From Ylistrum balloti (taxonomy: Eukaryota): DNA of 64,000 bases. Shown piece by piece: positions 1-11,792 of the stretch (the stretch's first letter is position 1; every line of letters starts with the position of its first letter). A model generated the notes under the pieces. It saw only the letters and a program-made list of their open reading frames with translations, was not told the origin of the DNA and did not search any database. The translations under genes and the position numbers were made by a program. Location: the NCBI RefSeq assembly GCF_031769215.1, contig NW_026781915.1:682001-746000 (forward strand), read 5' to 3'.

Positions 1-1251
1 TGTGTTAATCTAAATATTTTCCGTTATCTCCAGACCTTGTCCTTAAACAGATACAAAGTATTGCTGATAATTATACATGAGCACGTGACAAAGCCTGTAC
101 CAGTTCTTTGTATCATTTGTTTCATGACACAGCGTTTTTTCTATGTTGTCATTGACAATACGTGTACCAGATGTTTGGTACATAAGAATTATGGCACAAC
201 CTAGCTATCCAGGAAGCTACCATTATACATCTGTTATTTTGCCATCTGCACTGCATGTTTTCTTCCTTATGTCGCAATTTGTTTTGTTTTGTTTTAAATT
301 CCTCTGTGAAAACTCAAATTATCTTGAGGGGGGACTTTCAACTGCAATCGACATCTCCCAATAACATTTGCCGATGAAGGGTAGTTCTCATAAATCAGTG
401 GTATTTTTTTATCAACAACCCGTTAGTTTGCTTATCTCCCTTTAACGTTTGACAAATTTGTGTAACTTAAAGTCCAAGACAAGTTTGGCTAACGTTTCAT
501 GCTGCTTGGTTATCCACGTGGTAACATATGCATGGAATATATCAGGTATCTTTCCCTGGCCGATCGGATCACATCGGTCGAGTTGCGAATTAAAAAATAC
601 ATGTTTCCCAATAGAAAGTACTCGGAGCACACATATATGTTTGTGATAATCTCATTTTCAGCACTTTTCGCGCTGAAAATATTGCACTAAATTTTGATGT
701 CGTTAATTGCAATGTCTGAACGTTGTTTATATAACAAAATTCTGGATGCTACCAAAAACGAATATGTAGGAAGCATTACGCTTCATATCATTCCTCATCG
801 TTAATATTTGATGTTTTCGTTTTACAGTGGGAAAAAAACGCAACATATTTTTGGATTCTTTTTGACAATGAAATAAAGTTAAGAATATTCAAAAAAAAAA
901 AAAAAAAAACGAATATGTATATTATCTCTTGGTCTCTACTGTCCCGTCTAACTAAAGCCCTAACGCATCTTGTTTACACCATCAGTGTACTTGACGTCTT
1001 CTGATATTCTAATTGATCGAATTATGGAGCACATGCACCTCCCATCTAGATTTTGACATTTATGTCGCCTCCTACGTTTCAATGACGAATCCTATTAGGA
1101 CGAAGCAGCGGTATGATGCAGTTTTATTCATCATTTGCCTCTATTGCAATTAATTCTTAATTTGTATTAAAAGTTCCCATCTACTTTCGTAGCTTTTGTA
1201 CAATTTTCAATCACTAATAATTAATTGAACACTTTTCTTTCTTATTCATAG

Positions 1252-4200
1252 CCTTGACCGTGTGCCCTGATGGCTGGATACGTCGGCACCAGTCTTGCTA
1301 TTTTGTTTCAGAAGGACGTTTCCAATATGATGACTCCGTGGTTTGTACATACATTTATATTTTATAATAATATCATGTAATCAAAGTTCGTTAAGCTCCA
1401 GATTTGTTAATGAACTTAGGATATAGAGCTAGTATGGCTGTTCTCAGTAGTGTTCTACATGAAAGTATGAAAATCATTTTCACAACGTCCTTTCCAGATC
1501 ACTTTTCTCCGTTTGTGGGTCATAGTTCTGATTTGCTAATATCAGTATATAAGGGACAGTTTGGAGACCCTGTGTATGTGGGCGAAGACGGAATGACCTG
1601 ACATATACCACCAGTGAGCATTTAAAGTGTTTATGTATTATTCTAACATATAAGTTAAGCGATTTAGTTCCCTATTTAACATGCACTGGTCACCATCTGT
1701 ACCTTACAGGTTAATTGTGGGTCGGTAAATGCGAGTCTGGCTAACGTGGACGATGTTAACGAGTTAGAATTCCTCCGGTCGCTGATCAACCGATTTCCAA
1801 CAGGTATGTGATCTTTAAGTCTAGAATTTATATCAATGGGGGTGTCGGTGTGTTTCTAATAACTTGAATTCTAGATCTGCAGGTGTTGCAATTATGTTCA
1901 GAAATACATTTGAATACACTATTCACGGCAGTCGATTATATACAGCGAGAAGGTTTACTATTTTAGATATTACCATTAATACAAATAGCCCAATACGGAC
2001 TTGTGTATATGGGCCAAATCAAGATACACTAGAATTTTTCGACATTTTATGTGAAACATTAAAGGTTTGGGAAGGCTATCTTATGATTCTATGTGGGCAT
2101 TGGAAGACAGTTCAAGACAGAAATATGGACACCTATAACATTCTCAGAAATAATAACCCCAAGTGCCAAATAAGCATCGCTCAGATGATGAATACACTTG
2201 ACCTTGTTGATCCGTGGAGAAATTTTAATCCAGAACAAAAAACTTTCAAATGGAGACCAAAAAACACACTCATCCGACAAAGCAGATTAAACTATTTTTT
2301 AATCACAAATGATATATTTACAAAAACTAAGACTGCTACTATACTTCTAGGTTACAGAACTGATTACTCTTACATTGCCCCAGAATTTAACTTCGACAAA
2401 ACACAAACGGGAAGGGGTTATTGGAAACATAATGCCAAACTGCCAAAAGAATATGTCAGACAGGTAAAGGAATGTATTAGAGAAACTGTAGATTAGTACA
2501 TCTGGGGACAAACACAATCTTGCATCTACCACTTTTCGGATAAATGATGAATGATTCTTTGAAATATTCAAAATCAAAATTCGAACCTTGACTATTTCTT
2601 ACTCTCTAATCTAATTAAAGCAGAGAGCTTGAAAAGACAGGACAAAAATCTTGATATATTATCAAATTAGAAGAAAAACTTAATAAAGATGCTTCTAGAG
2701 AGCTTCTGACTGAATGGAAAACAAAAACCAAAACTTAGAAGACATTCGTAGAGATAAAATAAAGGGTGTCATGTTAAGATCCAAAGATGCATGGTATGGA
2801 GACGGTGAAAAAAATACTCATTACTTCTGTAATTTGGAAAAAAGAACAGATTCTGATAACATTTTAGAGGATATGGACAAAATATTACAGGAGGAGGCAA
2901 ATTTCTTAAGTAATCTGTATAAATCAAATAAAGAGACACAGGGTACTGATCATTCAGATTTCTTTAAACATACAATTAGGTTGAGTGAAGGTCAGAAAAG
3001 CAGTTGCGAGGGATTACTGATTTTACTAGCCTTAAAATACATGGAAAATTAGAAAAGTCCTGGTTAAGATGTGTTTTGGGCAGAATTTCAGAAATTTTTT
3101 GATGTGATTTAGGAATTCTTCTTCGAAGATCAGTTAACTATGGATATGAAAATGGGAAACTTTGAGATTTTCAATGTCAAGATATTATTACATGTTTGCC
3201 AAAAGAGGGAAGAGATAGAAGATATCAATATCATTACTGAATGTAGATAACAAAATAGCAGCAGCAGCCAAAGCTAATAGGATCAAGCCACTGTTAGTGC
3301 TATTATTAGTAATACACAAACTGTGTTTATTGAGGGTAGGTTTATTAGGGAAAATACAAGACAGCTGTATAATATAATACAACTTTGAGAAGAAAATAAA
3401 CAATCAATTAGAAAATGGTTTAAAGTGTTACACAATAATTAAAAAATTGCATAATTAATAATGGTCATTTGTTAAACTTCTTCAGTCTTCATCGCGGCTC
3501 TCGTCAAGGCGACCCATTGTCCCATTATATCTTTATCATATGTGTAGAAATCTTATCTCTGGCTCTGAAGACACATCCTGATCTTAAACCTCTACAGATA
3601 GACAATAAAAGTTTCCTGTTAGGTCAATACGCTGATGATGCATATATTTTGCTGAAAGACTCAAGTCAATCTTTATATGCTGCTGTTTAAATATTGAGTT
3701 TGTTCTCTGTCATGTCCGGTTTGAAAATTAATGTTACGAAATCTAGTATATATTGGTTGGGCGGTAAAAAGTTTTCGGAACAAGGAACTTCAGACTATTA
3801 GGAATATTGTTTTCATTGAACTTGGATGATATGGAAAGACTGAACTACTCTAGCAAACTAAAAGACACTGAACGAAAATTGAAATTCTGGGCAAAAAGGG
3901 ATCGTTCTTTACTTGGCAGAATAACAGTGGTAAAATCAATTATCATTCCTACTTATGAACATATATTTAGCTCTATTTCAACTCCATCCTCAAGCATTAT
4001 AATTTAGTTAAATAGCATACTGTACAAGTGTATTTAGAAATTCAAAGTAGAAAAAATTAAAAGGAACACCTTGATTGGTTTGCTAGAAAATGGAGGCCTT
4101 AAATGACACATATCAGTTCTTTTATCAAATATTTAAAATTGAAAGGATTAAAGAGATTACTTGAAAATGAACTTACAACTTGGAAAACTTTAGTTCAAGA

Positions 4201-7003
4201 AATCTTAACAATGGATCCAAACATTGCTGGTCGACTGAAATCAGAGTTGCTTGAAAATATAGGGAAACATATTAAAAACCAATTATGGAAAGATGTAACT
4301 TTTGCTTTAAGTAGAAATTCAAAATGAGTCATCAGCCTAAAAGAATAATTAGATGAAGACTTAATTAAACTGCTACCTTACAATAAAATTCACTTGGGAA
4401 TCATTTTGGGTTTAATAAAATTAACGACCTTTTACAAAATGGTACATTAAAACAATGGCAAGATGCTCAAGATATTCCAGATTTTGGCTTGCTGCAGTTT
4501 ATTCACTTTTAAATAAAATTAAACCAATATGGAAAGACGAATATCGAAGAAGGAGTTCTCGGGGTGGGAAATATAGAAATGTGTTTAACTGCTAGTGTAA
4601 TCTATAGAATAAAAACTTCTTAGAGCTTAGAATTTACTTACAAAATATATACTGAGAAAAGTTTGTACAGCCTTTAAAAAGTCTGGAAAAGTGGAGAATA
4701 AAATTAGACCTAAGTGAAAACTTTAAATTTGCCACCTGTGCATGTGTTTTTCAATATACTAGAGAAACCACACTACAGGCTTTTCAATATAAGATCCGGC
4801 ATAGAACAAGATAATTCATGTTCATTTTGTAAAAGGGGAGGAGAAACAATGGAACACATCCTGTACAATTGTTATCATACAAATGAATTGTTACAGGAAT
4901 TCACTATATGGTATACTGTAAATGACGATGTTCAAAATCATTTTATTCTGAGTACCACTGAGGCAATATTTGGTAATGCAACATTCAGTGGAAGACTAAA
5001 CCATTTCTTGTTAATGTTGCGATATCATATTTTTACCTGTAAATATAAAAACAAATTACCAACATTTCAATCGTGTAAATTTTTTTTCCATTCAGTTTCT
5101 GAAAGTGGAAAAACGTATTGCTAAAAGATTTGTAAAGTAAAAAAATAAGAATGGTATTTATGTTAGAGAATGAATGAAAGGTTTGCGAATGTGTATATCA
5201 ATAACATGTAAAACAGGTATGAGTGAGAGTGAAAAAATGAGGCAAGTAATGTGTAATGGTTTTGGGTGGTATTTGTGGGGGGACTCGTACTAGGCTTGTT
5301 GTGTTAAATGGCAATTTAACCGGCATTCGATATCGGGACGAAATTTTAAGACCAGTGGTTCTGCCATTCTTAAGACGCCATGGCGTTGGCGCCATTTTCA
5401 ACAGGATAACGCACCAGCGCACACCAGTCGCGTCAGCAGAACTTTCTTGCAGAAGAATAACGTACAGGCGTTAGATTGTTAGATTGGCCATCTAAATAAC
5501 CTGATCTGTCACCGATTGAGCATGTCTGGGACGTTCCTGGGCGACGCATGAGAGAACGTCAAAATCAGCCGTCAAACTTGCAGGAGCTGGCCCAAGCCTT
5601 GATCGCTGAATGGAACAGCATCTCTCCTCGAATTACCCGCCGCTTTGCGAGTTCCATACGACGACGCTGCAATGCTGTTTACTTCGCAAACGGTGGCCAT
5701 ACCCGTTACTTATGGTGTTACCTTTGAAATTGACCCCAACGTCCTTTACAGTCGAATAAAATCAACAGAACGCAAAGTTTTATAATGAACCATGACTGCA
5801 GTTTTATCAGAATTGATCAAATACTTTACATGACTGGTAAGGATTTATGAAGGGGTTAATTAATTAATCACAGAATAAAGTAGTGTTACCTTTCTTTTTT
5901 TTTAGTATATTAGATACTTGTGCAACTTGATATACCTTTCTATAAAGTGATGATTATTGTAAACAAAACAAGTCATGTAGGACACAGTGTGACAGAGTAG
6001 AAAGAATATGTGAAACACGATGATTTTTTGTGTGTGTACAGGGGTGTTTGTGTATGTGTCTGTGCTGTCTAGGTGTATGAGGGACACGTATTGTACAGAG
6101 TCTGACCCCAGGGCCCCAACCCTGGCCCAAACCCTGGCCCTAACCCTGGCAGAGCTCTCTGAAATTATGTTCTGGGGAAAAATAGAATTGATATCGATTT
6201 TTAATGAGTTTATGTGGTTTATTATCAACGTGTAAGCGATTTGATGTTCTAATGATTTCAGTTGACAAGGTTATAGGCAATACAAGTGATGTTTTTCTTT
6301 ATCAAATATCGCAAACTTATCCGCCAGATGTAGTGAACAGTTGTCTCAACTTAGTGACGGCTTTCTATATGGTCGACCTGACAAATGTTTTTCTATATGA
6401 TCGACCTGACCGCGGTTTCTGTATATGGTCAATAATGTCGATCCGACAGAATTAAAACAGGCAACATTCATAATTTTTGCAATTATTAATTTTGTTCTTT
6501 AAGAGCGAACAAGTGATCATTTCTATTGGATTGACGGAGTTCGTAACCATAACAACCATTGGTTCCGGAAAAATGGCAATGCTCCTCTGACTTTTTTCGC
6601 TTGGGGTACCGGGGAGCCCAACAACAGGTTCGGCAGAGAAAATTGCTTGGCGTTATATAACAAGGTTAATTTCTACTTCACCGACACTTCGTGTTATGAA
6701 AACGGCCAGTACATCTGTGAACTGAGGTAAGATAACATAACGATGCACTTACTGCCCCGACAGAGAAAGGACATAGCATAGTATAATTACTATTCACCAA
6801 GATGTTGGGAAATGATGTCGTATCAATTATTCAATGAAATAATCGGTTATTGCCTTTTTTGGTGTAAGATATCCGTGATCGTGCACTATTTTCTTTAGAT
6901 AAATTAAAAACGTACGAATATAGATAAAGATGCGTTGTTTTTTCAGGGATACAGTTCAGTCATGCATACAGACCGCGCCTCCATCCAGTACCTCCAGCAC
7001 TAA
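1252..7003 (+). CDS. C-type lectin domain protein (single CTLD, EPN motif); 5' exon(s) not identified
   Basis: Phase-consistent exons: 1252-1340 ([29 protein letters not shown]), 1710-1803 ([31 protein letters not shown]), 6504-6727 (FYWIDG...[19 protein letters not shown]...[17 protein letters not shown]), 6947-7003 ([18 protein letters not shown]). All have AG/GT boundaries. The CPxGW, SCY, WIDG, EPN and ENC...C...YICE motifs are CTLD hallmarks. Confidence 0.88.
1835..5124 (+). mobile_element. Degenerate, 5'-truncated non-LTR retrotransposon ORF2 (L1/Tx1 clade: APE endonuclease, reverse transcriptase, C-terminal zinc knuckle)
   Basis: Fragments in several frames: endonuclease ([35 protein letters not shown]), linker ([13 protein letters not shown]), RT ([34 protein letters not shown]) and zinc finger ([18 protein letters not shown]). 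Many stops and frameshifts. Lies in the lectin intron 1804-6503. Confidence 0.93.
5250..5909 (+). mobile_element. Tc1/mariner DNA transposon, 3' fragment (DD34E transposase remnant with probable right TIR)
   Basis: [36 protein letters not shown]; after a frameshift QDNAPAH...[16 protein letters not shown]...[15 protein letters not shown]...[17 protein letters not shown]. Ends in a TIR-like tract agtgttacctttcttttttttttagtata at about 5882-5909. Confidence 0.9.
6107..6150. repeat. Short 12-bp C-rich repeat (aaccctggccc-like, about 3 copies)
   Basis: ccccaaccctggcccaaaccctggccctaaccctggc is visible in the sequence. Confidence 0.6.
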
Positions 7004-7422
7004 GGCGTGGATACAATTAGGATGATCACAAGGTGACATCATAAACTTGTCACATTATGGTAGAAACTCTGTCTTTGAAAGACACTTGTATATTTAATAA
7101 AGCACCGGGACCATAGACCGCAGTTTACTAAAAGCTTCTTTACGAAAACCACACAGACGTATACAGAAGCATCAACAATAGCAGTTCAACGGAGGAAAAA
7201 TTTGATACCATGATATTTAAAAGTAGAAAGACACAAGCTGACTGAACATAATGAAAACATCTTACAAAGTTAATTGTTTTTGTTCAATTTCTAGATAAGG
7301 AAACAATGCATAGACAAGGAAACAACGCATAGATAAAAAAAAACACCAAGACTCCCAGACAGGAGTTTATTTAGGTAAATAATTGATGATATATGACCCT
7401 GTCATTCAGATTTAACGTGTTT

Positions 7423-7642
7423 CCTTGTAAACACTGGTATATGTAATGGCGCCTTGTAAACACTGGTATATGGTAATGGCGCCTTGTAAACACTGGTATA
7501 TGGTAATGGCGCCTTGTAAACACTGGTATATGTGATGGCGCCTTGTAAACACTGGTATATGGTAATGGCGCCTTGTAAACACTGGTATATGTGATGGCGC
7601 CTTGTAAACACTGGTATATGTGATGGCGCCTTGTAAACACAC
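7423..7642. repeat. 29/30-bp minisatellite (ccttgtaaacactggtatatg(g)taatggcg), about 7.4 copies
   Basis: Head-to-tail units with no spacers; explains the repetitive ORFs at 7371-7644. Confidence 0.95.
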
Positions 7643-9528
7643 ATTATGCTTATTTAAAGACGGTACTTACTTCATTGGAGTCAACTGCAAGGGGTACTTA
7701 ATCAATAATGTCGTCGTGTCGCAGGATATCAGGACACCATTGCGTCAAGTACATAATTGCGTGGTTTACTCTTATAATGTATGGCTGTGGCCTCCCGCCT
7801 CCCTATATATGCGAGGTTAGCGCATGTTGAGTGCAAGTGAGGAGTGGGCGGGGCACTGAAGTTCCGCCACAACGCACAACATACGAACTGGGGACATCAT
7901 TAGTATCAAAGTTACGAAAACATATGCTACGTATCAGCCTATTAATAATTTCATTTAGTTTTAATTCCATTGTGAAATTACCATAACATTATTATTCAAT
8001 ATTTTCCCGATATGTTTCGGCCCAAGGACCGTAAAACCCAAAGCTTTCCTTACATAGGCGAACACTTGACTAAAGGCCAAAAGTGATTGGCAGATCCAAG
8101 GCAGACATTAGGAAAAACAAACAAGTTTAGAGAGGAGAGAAGATCGCAAATGGCTTCCCTTCATGAGTATGCAGTGGAAGCACTAGAAACATTTCTTATC
8201 TCATACCTACAAGGGAAAAAATGTAGGAGGTGATTTGATGGTTTATATTATAGCCCGAGACGGAACTAATAATTATAATATGGACATTGCTCATTTTGAA
8301 GGCCAAAAGTGATCGTTGTTAAGGGATACATATGGAAGAAAAACAAAGAACAGAAGATATTACAACCCCAAGTTTAGTTAAACTGTTATATGCCAGATAA
8401 TTATTCCATCCGAATTATTAATGTTTAATCCTAGGTTCTTCATTTTTTAGACTATCTCCCTTGACAGAACAGCCAAGGACCTTAGTTGTACGTTTCACTC
8501 CCCTCTGTGATCGTGTAACAGTATACTTTATATCAGGAATTCAGACACGTCTAACATTTCTTTCAAGTCCAATGATATTATCAGTCTACAATCTACTTTT
8601 TTTCGTAGATGTGTCTTTAAAATGTGAGCTGAGAAAGGAACACCTGTGTGACGATTGTCGATTGTAAAGACCGCTATTGCATAATATCGAATAAGTCCAT
8701 TTGACAACGAAGTCCCGATAAGTTGCTGACAAATCACAAAATAAGTGAGAGAAACCGAGCTGACCAGCCTTCAAGCACTACGTAAAGTGTTTTATTAGAG
8801 GTCTGTCACAGAAACCTTTTCGATGTAGGTTTTTTGTCTGTATATTAAATATGCTTGTATATATTTACAATTGCCACTGTTTCTGTATCAATAATCTAAG
8901 TGAGAGTTATTCTGTGTATTTCTCTAAAACTTGAATGTGAATTTTGATCCAGTTTGAGTTTTCATCTTAGGATGCATCACTTTCAAACGTAGCTATCACT
9001 AGTACTTTCCACCTAAGTATTCTGTCCCAATACCTACTGATACAAGTATGAAAATATTGTAACAAGTAAAATATTGATAATCATGTGAACAAGCTTATTT
9101 AGATATTTAAACGCAGGAACTTTTTTCTTGTCACGGAGAAAATGGTGGTTTATTGCTGTGGGAGATTTAGTTACTAATCAACAGGTTTAAGATGACGTCG
9201 AAATGATTTTGAACGAAGAGTACACTAGATGAATATTGTATCTGACTCTATAAATGGTGTTATTCTAAAAGATGATATTATAAATAGAAGTATTGACCAT
9301 TTATTTTTTTAGTTTATAAGATGATAAATCCAATGGAGCAGTTGGGTAAACTGTTCGAAAAATACAAACCTGGTAACTTTGCTAACTGTGGCGAAATTCG
9401 ATGCAAAATAGGTATTTGAGACTTTTAAAAACAGGTCTTAATTTCGAGGAAATCAGTCCTAGTAGAAAAGCACAGATAAGTAAAGAAAATGTTTAGGATT
9501 GCAATAAAGTTGTCTTAACAGCAAAGAG

Positions 9529-9668
9529 GTCTTATTTTAGAGGTTGTATTTAAGCGAATTGGTCTGATTTTAGAAGCTGTATTTCAGCGTGTTGGTCTTA
9601 TTTTAGAGGTTGTATTTAAGCGAGTTGGTCTTATTTTAGAGGCTGTATTTAAGCGAGTTGGTCTTGAT
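9529..9668. repeat. 33-bp tandem repeat (ggtcttattttagaggttgtatttaagcgagtt), about 4 copies
   Basis: Four imperfect adjacent units are visible. Confidence 0.85.
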
Positions 9669-9785
9669 TGTATTGTTTTAGTCTATGGGATATCTTCTGA
9701 AAGTACATGAGACTGATAACCTGTATGTGACCAGGCCTTTCAAAGCGAGATAAGGCATATATATATATGTAAACAAAATGTGAAC

Positions 9786-10022
9786 ATGGCAACTAAAATT
9801 CCAAATCACAATCAATAACGTTTTCAAGCCTTGTGGTTATCTTCAGGAGATTGAATTGATGCCATAACAATAGGAAAGTTACATACTAATAGGAAAGTTA
9901 CATAGTAATATGTACGTAACATTATTAATATGTTACGTACTTATGACATAAAGGCAATAGCCAGAAAATGGTCGCAAGGCTTGAAAACCTTAGTGATTGT
10001 GATATGGAATTTTAGTTGCCAT
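9786..10022. mobile_element. Fold-back / MITE-like element with about 50-bp terminal inverted repeats and a central hairpin
   Basis: atggcaactaaaattccaaatcacaatcaataacgttttcaagccttg (9786-9833) is the near-perfect reverse complement of about 9975-10022. Internal palindrome gtacgtaacat...atgttacgtac. (TA)n tracts lie nearby on both sides. No ORF. Confidence 0.7.
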
Positions 10023-10994
10023 TGTTAATAATATTGTGTTTTTATATTAACACGTATGATACACTAAACGTAATTGAATTATATATATATATATTGCCAA
10101 TATTTCAACAATATTTATATTAAAGGTCGGTAGCAAAAAATATATATAGCTGTGTTTCCAGTTTTTTGACCGTCCATTTTTTTGTTGTCGACCTTTTTCA
10201 ATAGTTCGACAAAAGTGAATAAATAGTTTAAGAAATAAATAAAACTAACTCTCAATGTTGATTTTGCTCATGTCATTCCCGAGACTACCATTGAAATGAG
10301 AAAAAATCACTTAGATTCTTGACATACATGTGCTCATCGTATGGGCCGAATTAGGTAAGTCCTCGGAAGCATGTTCTAAACCAAAGTAATTCTTAACGTC
10401 TGTAGGAAGAACACTTTTAGCAAGAGAAAAAATTTACATATATCGTAGTGTTGAGAACGGAATTTCAGTGGCGACTAAGTGTAGCCTACCCTGGTGGAGG
10501 TCTCTCCGATGTTCTGGCTAGGAGACATTGTAGAGCCTTAGAATAGTGTCAGCTGTATTCCACTTCATGCTCATAGGAGGGGTTGAAAATGTTCCCCAGC
10601 AGTGTCTCGAACTAAAGGGATATTGAAGGGACTGAAATCAATCTGTAGCCTCCATCGCAATACTTCGGGTCTTGATTTTTCCTTTCTCTCTTATCTCGCT
10701 CTGTATTTCTGTGTTTTCCCCCATTCCAGGGTTCCACTTGACGCTCGTTTTCTCATGACCCTGGTTGTTGCCAGGACGTTGAACCAATCAACTCACCGTC
10801 AAGAAGAATTATACTGCGCTTTATGAAAGAATGTGAGATGAATGTCAACCATCATGAGAGATTTTAGATAAATCTTAGTTGGTCATGGACATATGGAAGG
10901 GGAAACTCTTTATCAGATAAGCGAAGTATTTTATCAATAACAACATGCATTCACAAAGATTGGAAATCTGTATTTAACAACTTGCGGTTACAAA

Positions 10995-11792
10995 TTAAAA
11001 ACAATTCGATGTCTTCGGCGCACAGAATTGGTTCACAGGTAGACCGAGGGATGTCATGTGACCTTTGACCTCAGTCAGAACTTCACTGCTAAGTGCCGGC
11101 ATGCGAGAGAAAACGACAGACCCTTCATAGTACCAGTCGGATGCTACATGACCACAATAGTAGCCTATCATATAACTTAGCTTTGGGTCCTGGTACAGAA
11201 TTCTCCATTCTGTGGTCGTCTCATGTCCCATCTGCATGCTTTTGTATTCCAAAAGTCCCTGAACTGATGTGTTTTGCACGGCCGTTTCGTTAACCAGCCT
11301 GTGTTTAAGCTTACCGTCGACGGTATGTACTTCAAAAAGTTCGTTTACAAACAAGGTGTTGGAAGTGTTCGACGGTTGAAATGTGGTTATTTGGCAGTCA
11401 AAACAGTCGAAATTAGGGTTAAGTCCGAGAACAATATACCACGCACCTTTAAGTTGCTGTGCGGACAGAGTTTGTAAAGGTGGATGTGGAGGCTTGCAGC
11501 GGAAGTTAGGGTCTGGCGAAACCATGGTGATGCATTTATGTTCCGTAAATGCACACTTCATGAAGGTATCGAACACGTCGTCCTCGTACGAATAAAGACA
11601 GTCGAACATGCATGTTTCGTTTTGCGTTCCACATCCCGTGATACATGCCAGTGCCGACCTACAGTCGGAGTCCAACATGCAGTTTTTAGACTCTTCAGCG
11701 CAGTGCATCATCATGCACAGAATATTTTGACCACTTGCACCATCCGGGCTAAACAGAAGAAACAGTGAAAGGGAAAGAATGGCAGATATCAT
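10995..11792 (-). CDS. Violaxanthin de-epoxidase-like (VDE/VDL family) secreted protein: signal peptide, Cys-rich domain, VDE-type lipocalin; 265 aa, intronless CDS
   Basis: Hydrophobic N-terminus MISAILSLSLFLLFSPDGASG. Cys spacing C-x4-C-x6-C-x5-C-x5-C-x3-C-x6-C-x3-C-x14-C-x6-C, versus plant VDE C-x4-C-x6-C-x5-C-x5-C-x3-C-x8-C-x3-C-x14-C-x6-C (from memory). LKGAWYIVLGLNPNFDCFDCQ matches VDE GKWFITxGLNPTFDAFDCQ. Also EWRIL, YYCG, YEGSVVFSR and terminal F...NC. Confidence 0.9.
   Translation of the reverse strand: MISAILSLSLFLLFSPDGASGQNILCMMMHCAEESKNCMLDSDCRSALACITGCGTQNETCMFDCLYSYEDDVFDTFMKCAFTEHKCITMVSPDPNFRCKPPHPPLQTLSAQQLKGAWYIVLGLNPNFDCFDCQITTFQPSNTSNTLFVNELFEVHTVDGKLKHRLVNETAVQNTSVQGLLEYKSMQMGHETTTEWRILYQDPKLSYMIGYYCGHVASDWYYEGSVVFSRMPALSSEVLTEVKGHMTSLGLPVNQFCAPKTSNCF

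Noticed and set aside
6107-6150. Telomere-like repeat
   Set aside because: Only three 12-bp units, and not TTAGGG arrays.
7371-7644. Repetitive ORFs in three frames
   Set aside because: They are translations of the 29/30-bp minisatellite.
7790-7860. GC box plus TATA-like motif
   Set aside because: No associated transcript or ORF can be identified; such short motifs are expected by chance.
10420-10830. GC-elevated segment downstream of the VDE-like gene (possible extra exon or RTE remnant)
   Set aside because: No sustained ORF or diagnostic motif on either strand.
11093-11768. Plus-strand ORFs overlapping the VDE-like gene
   Set aside because: Antisense shadows of the real minus-strand CDS.
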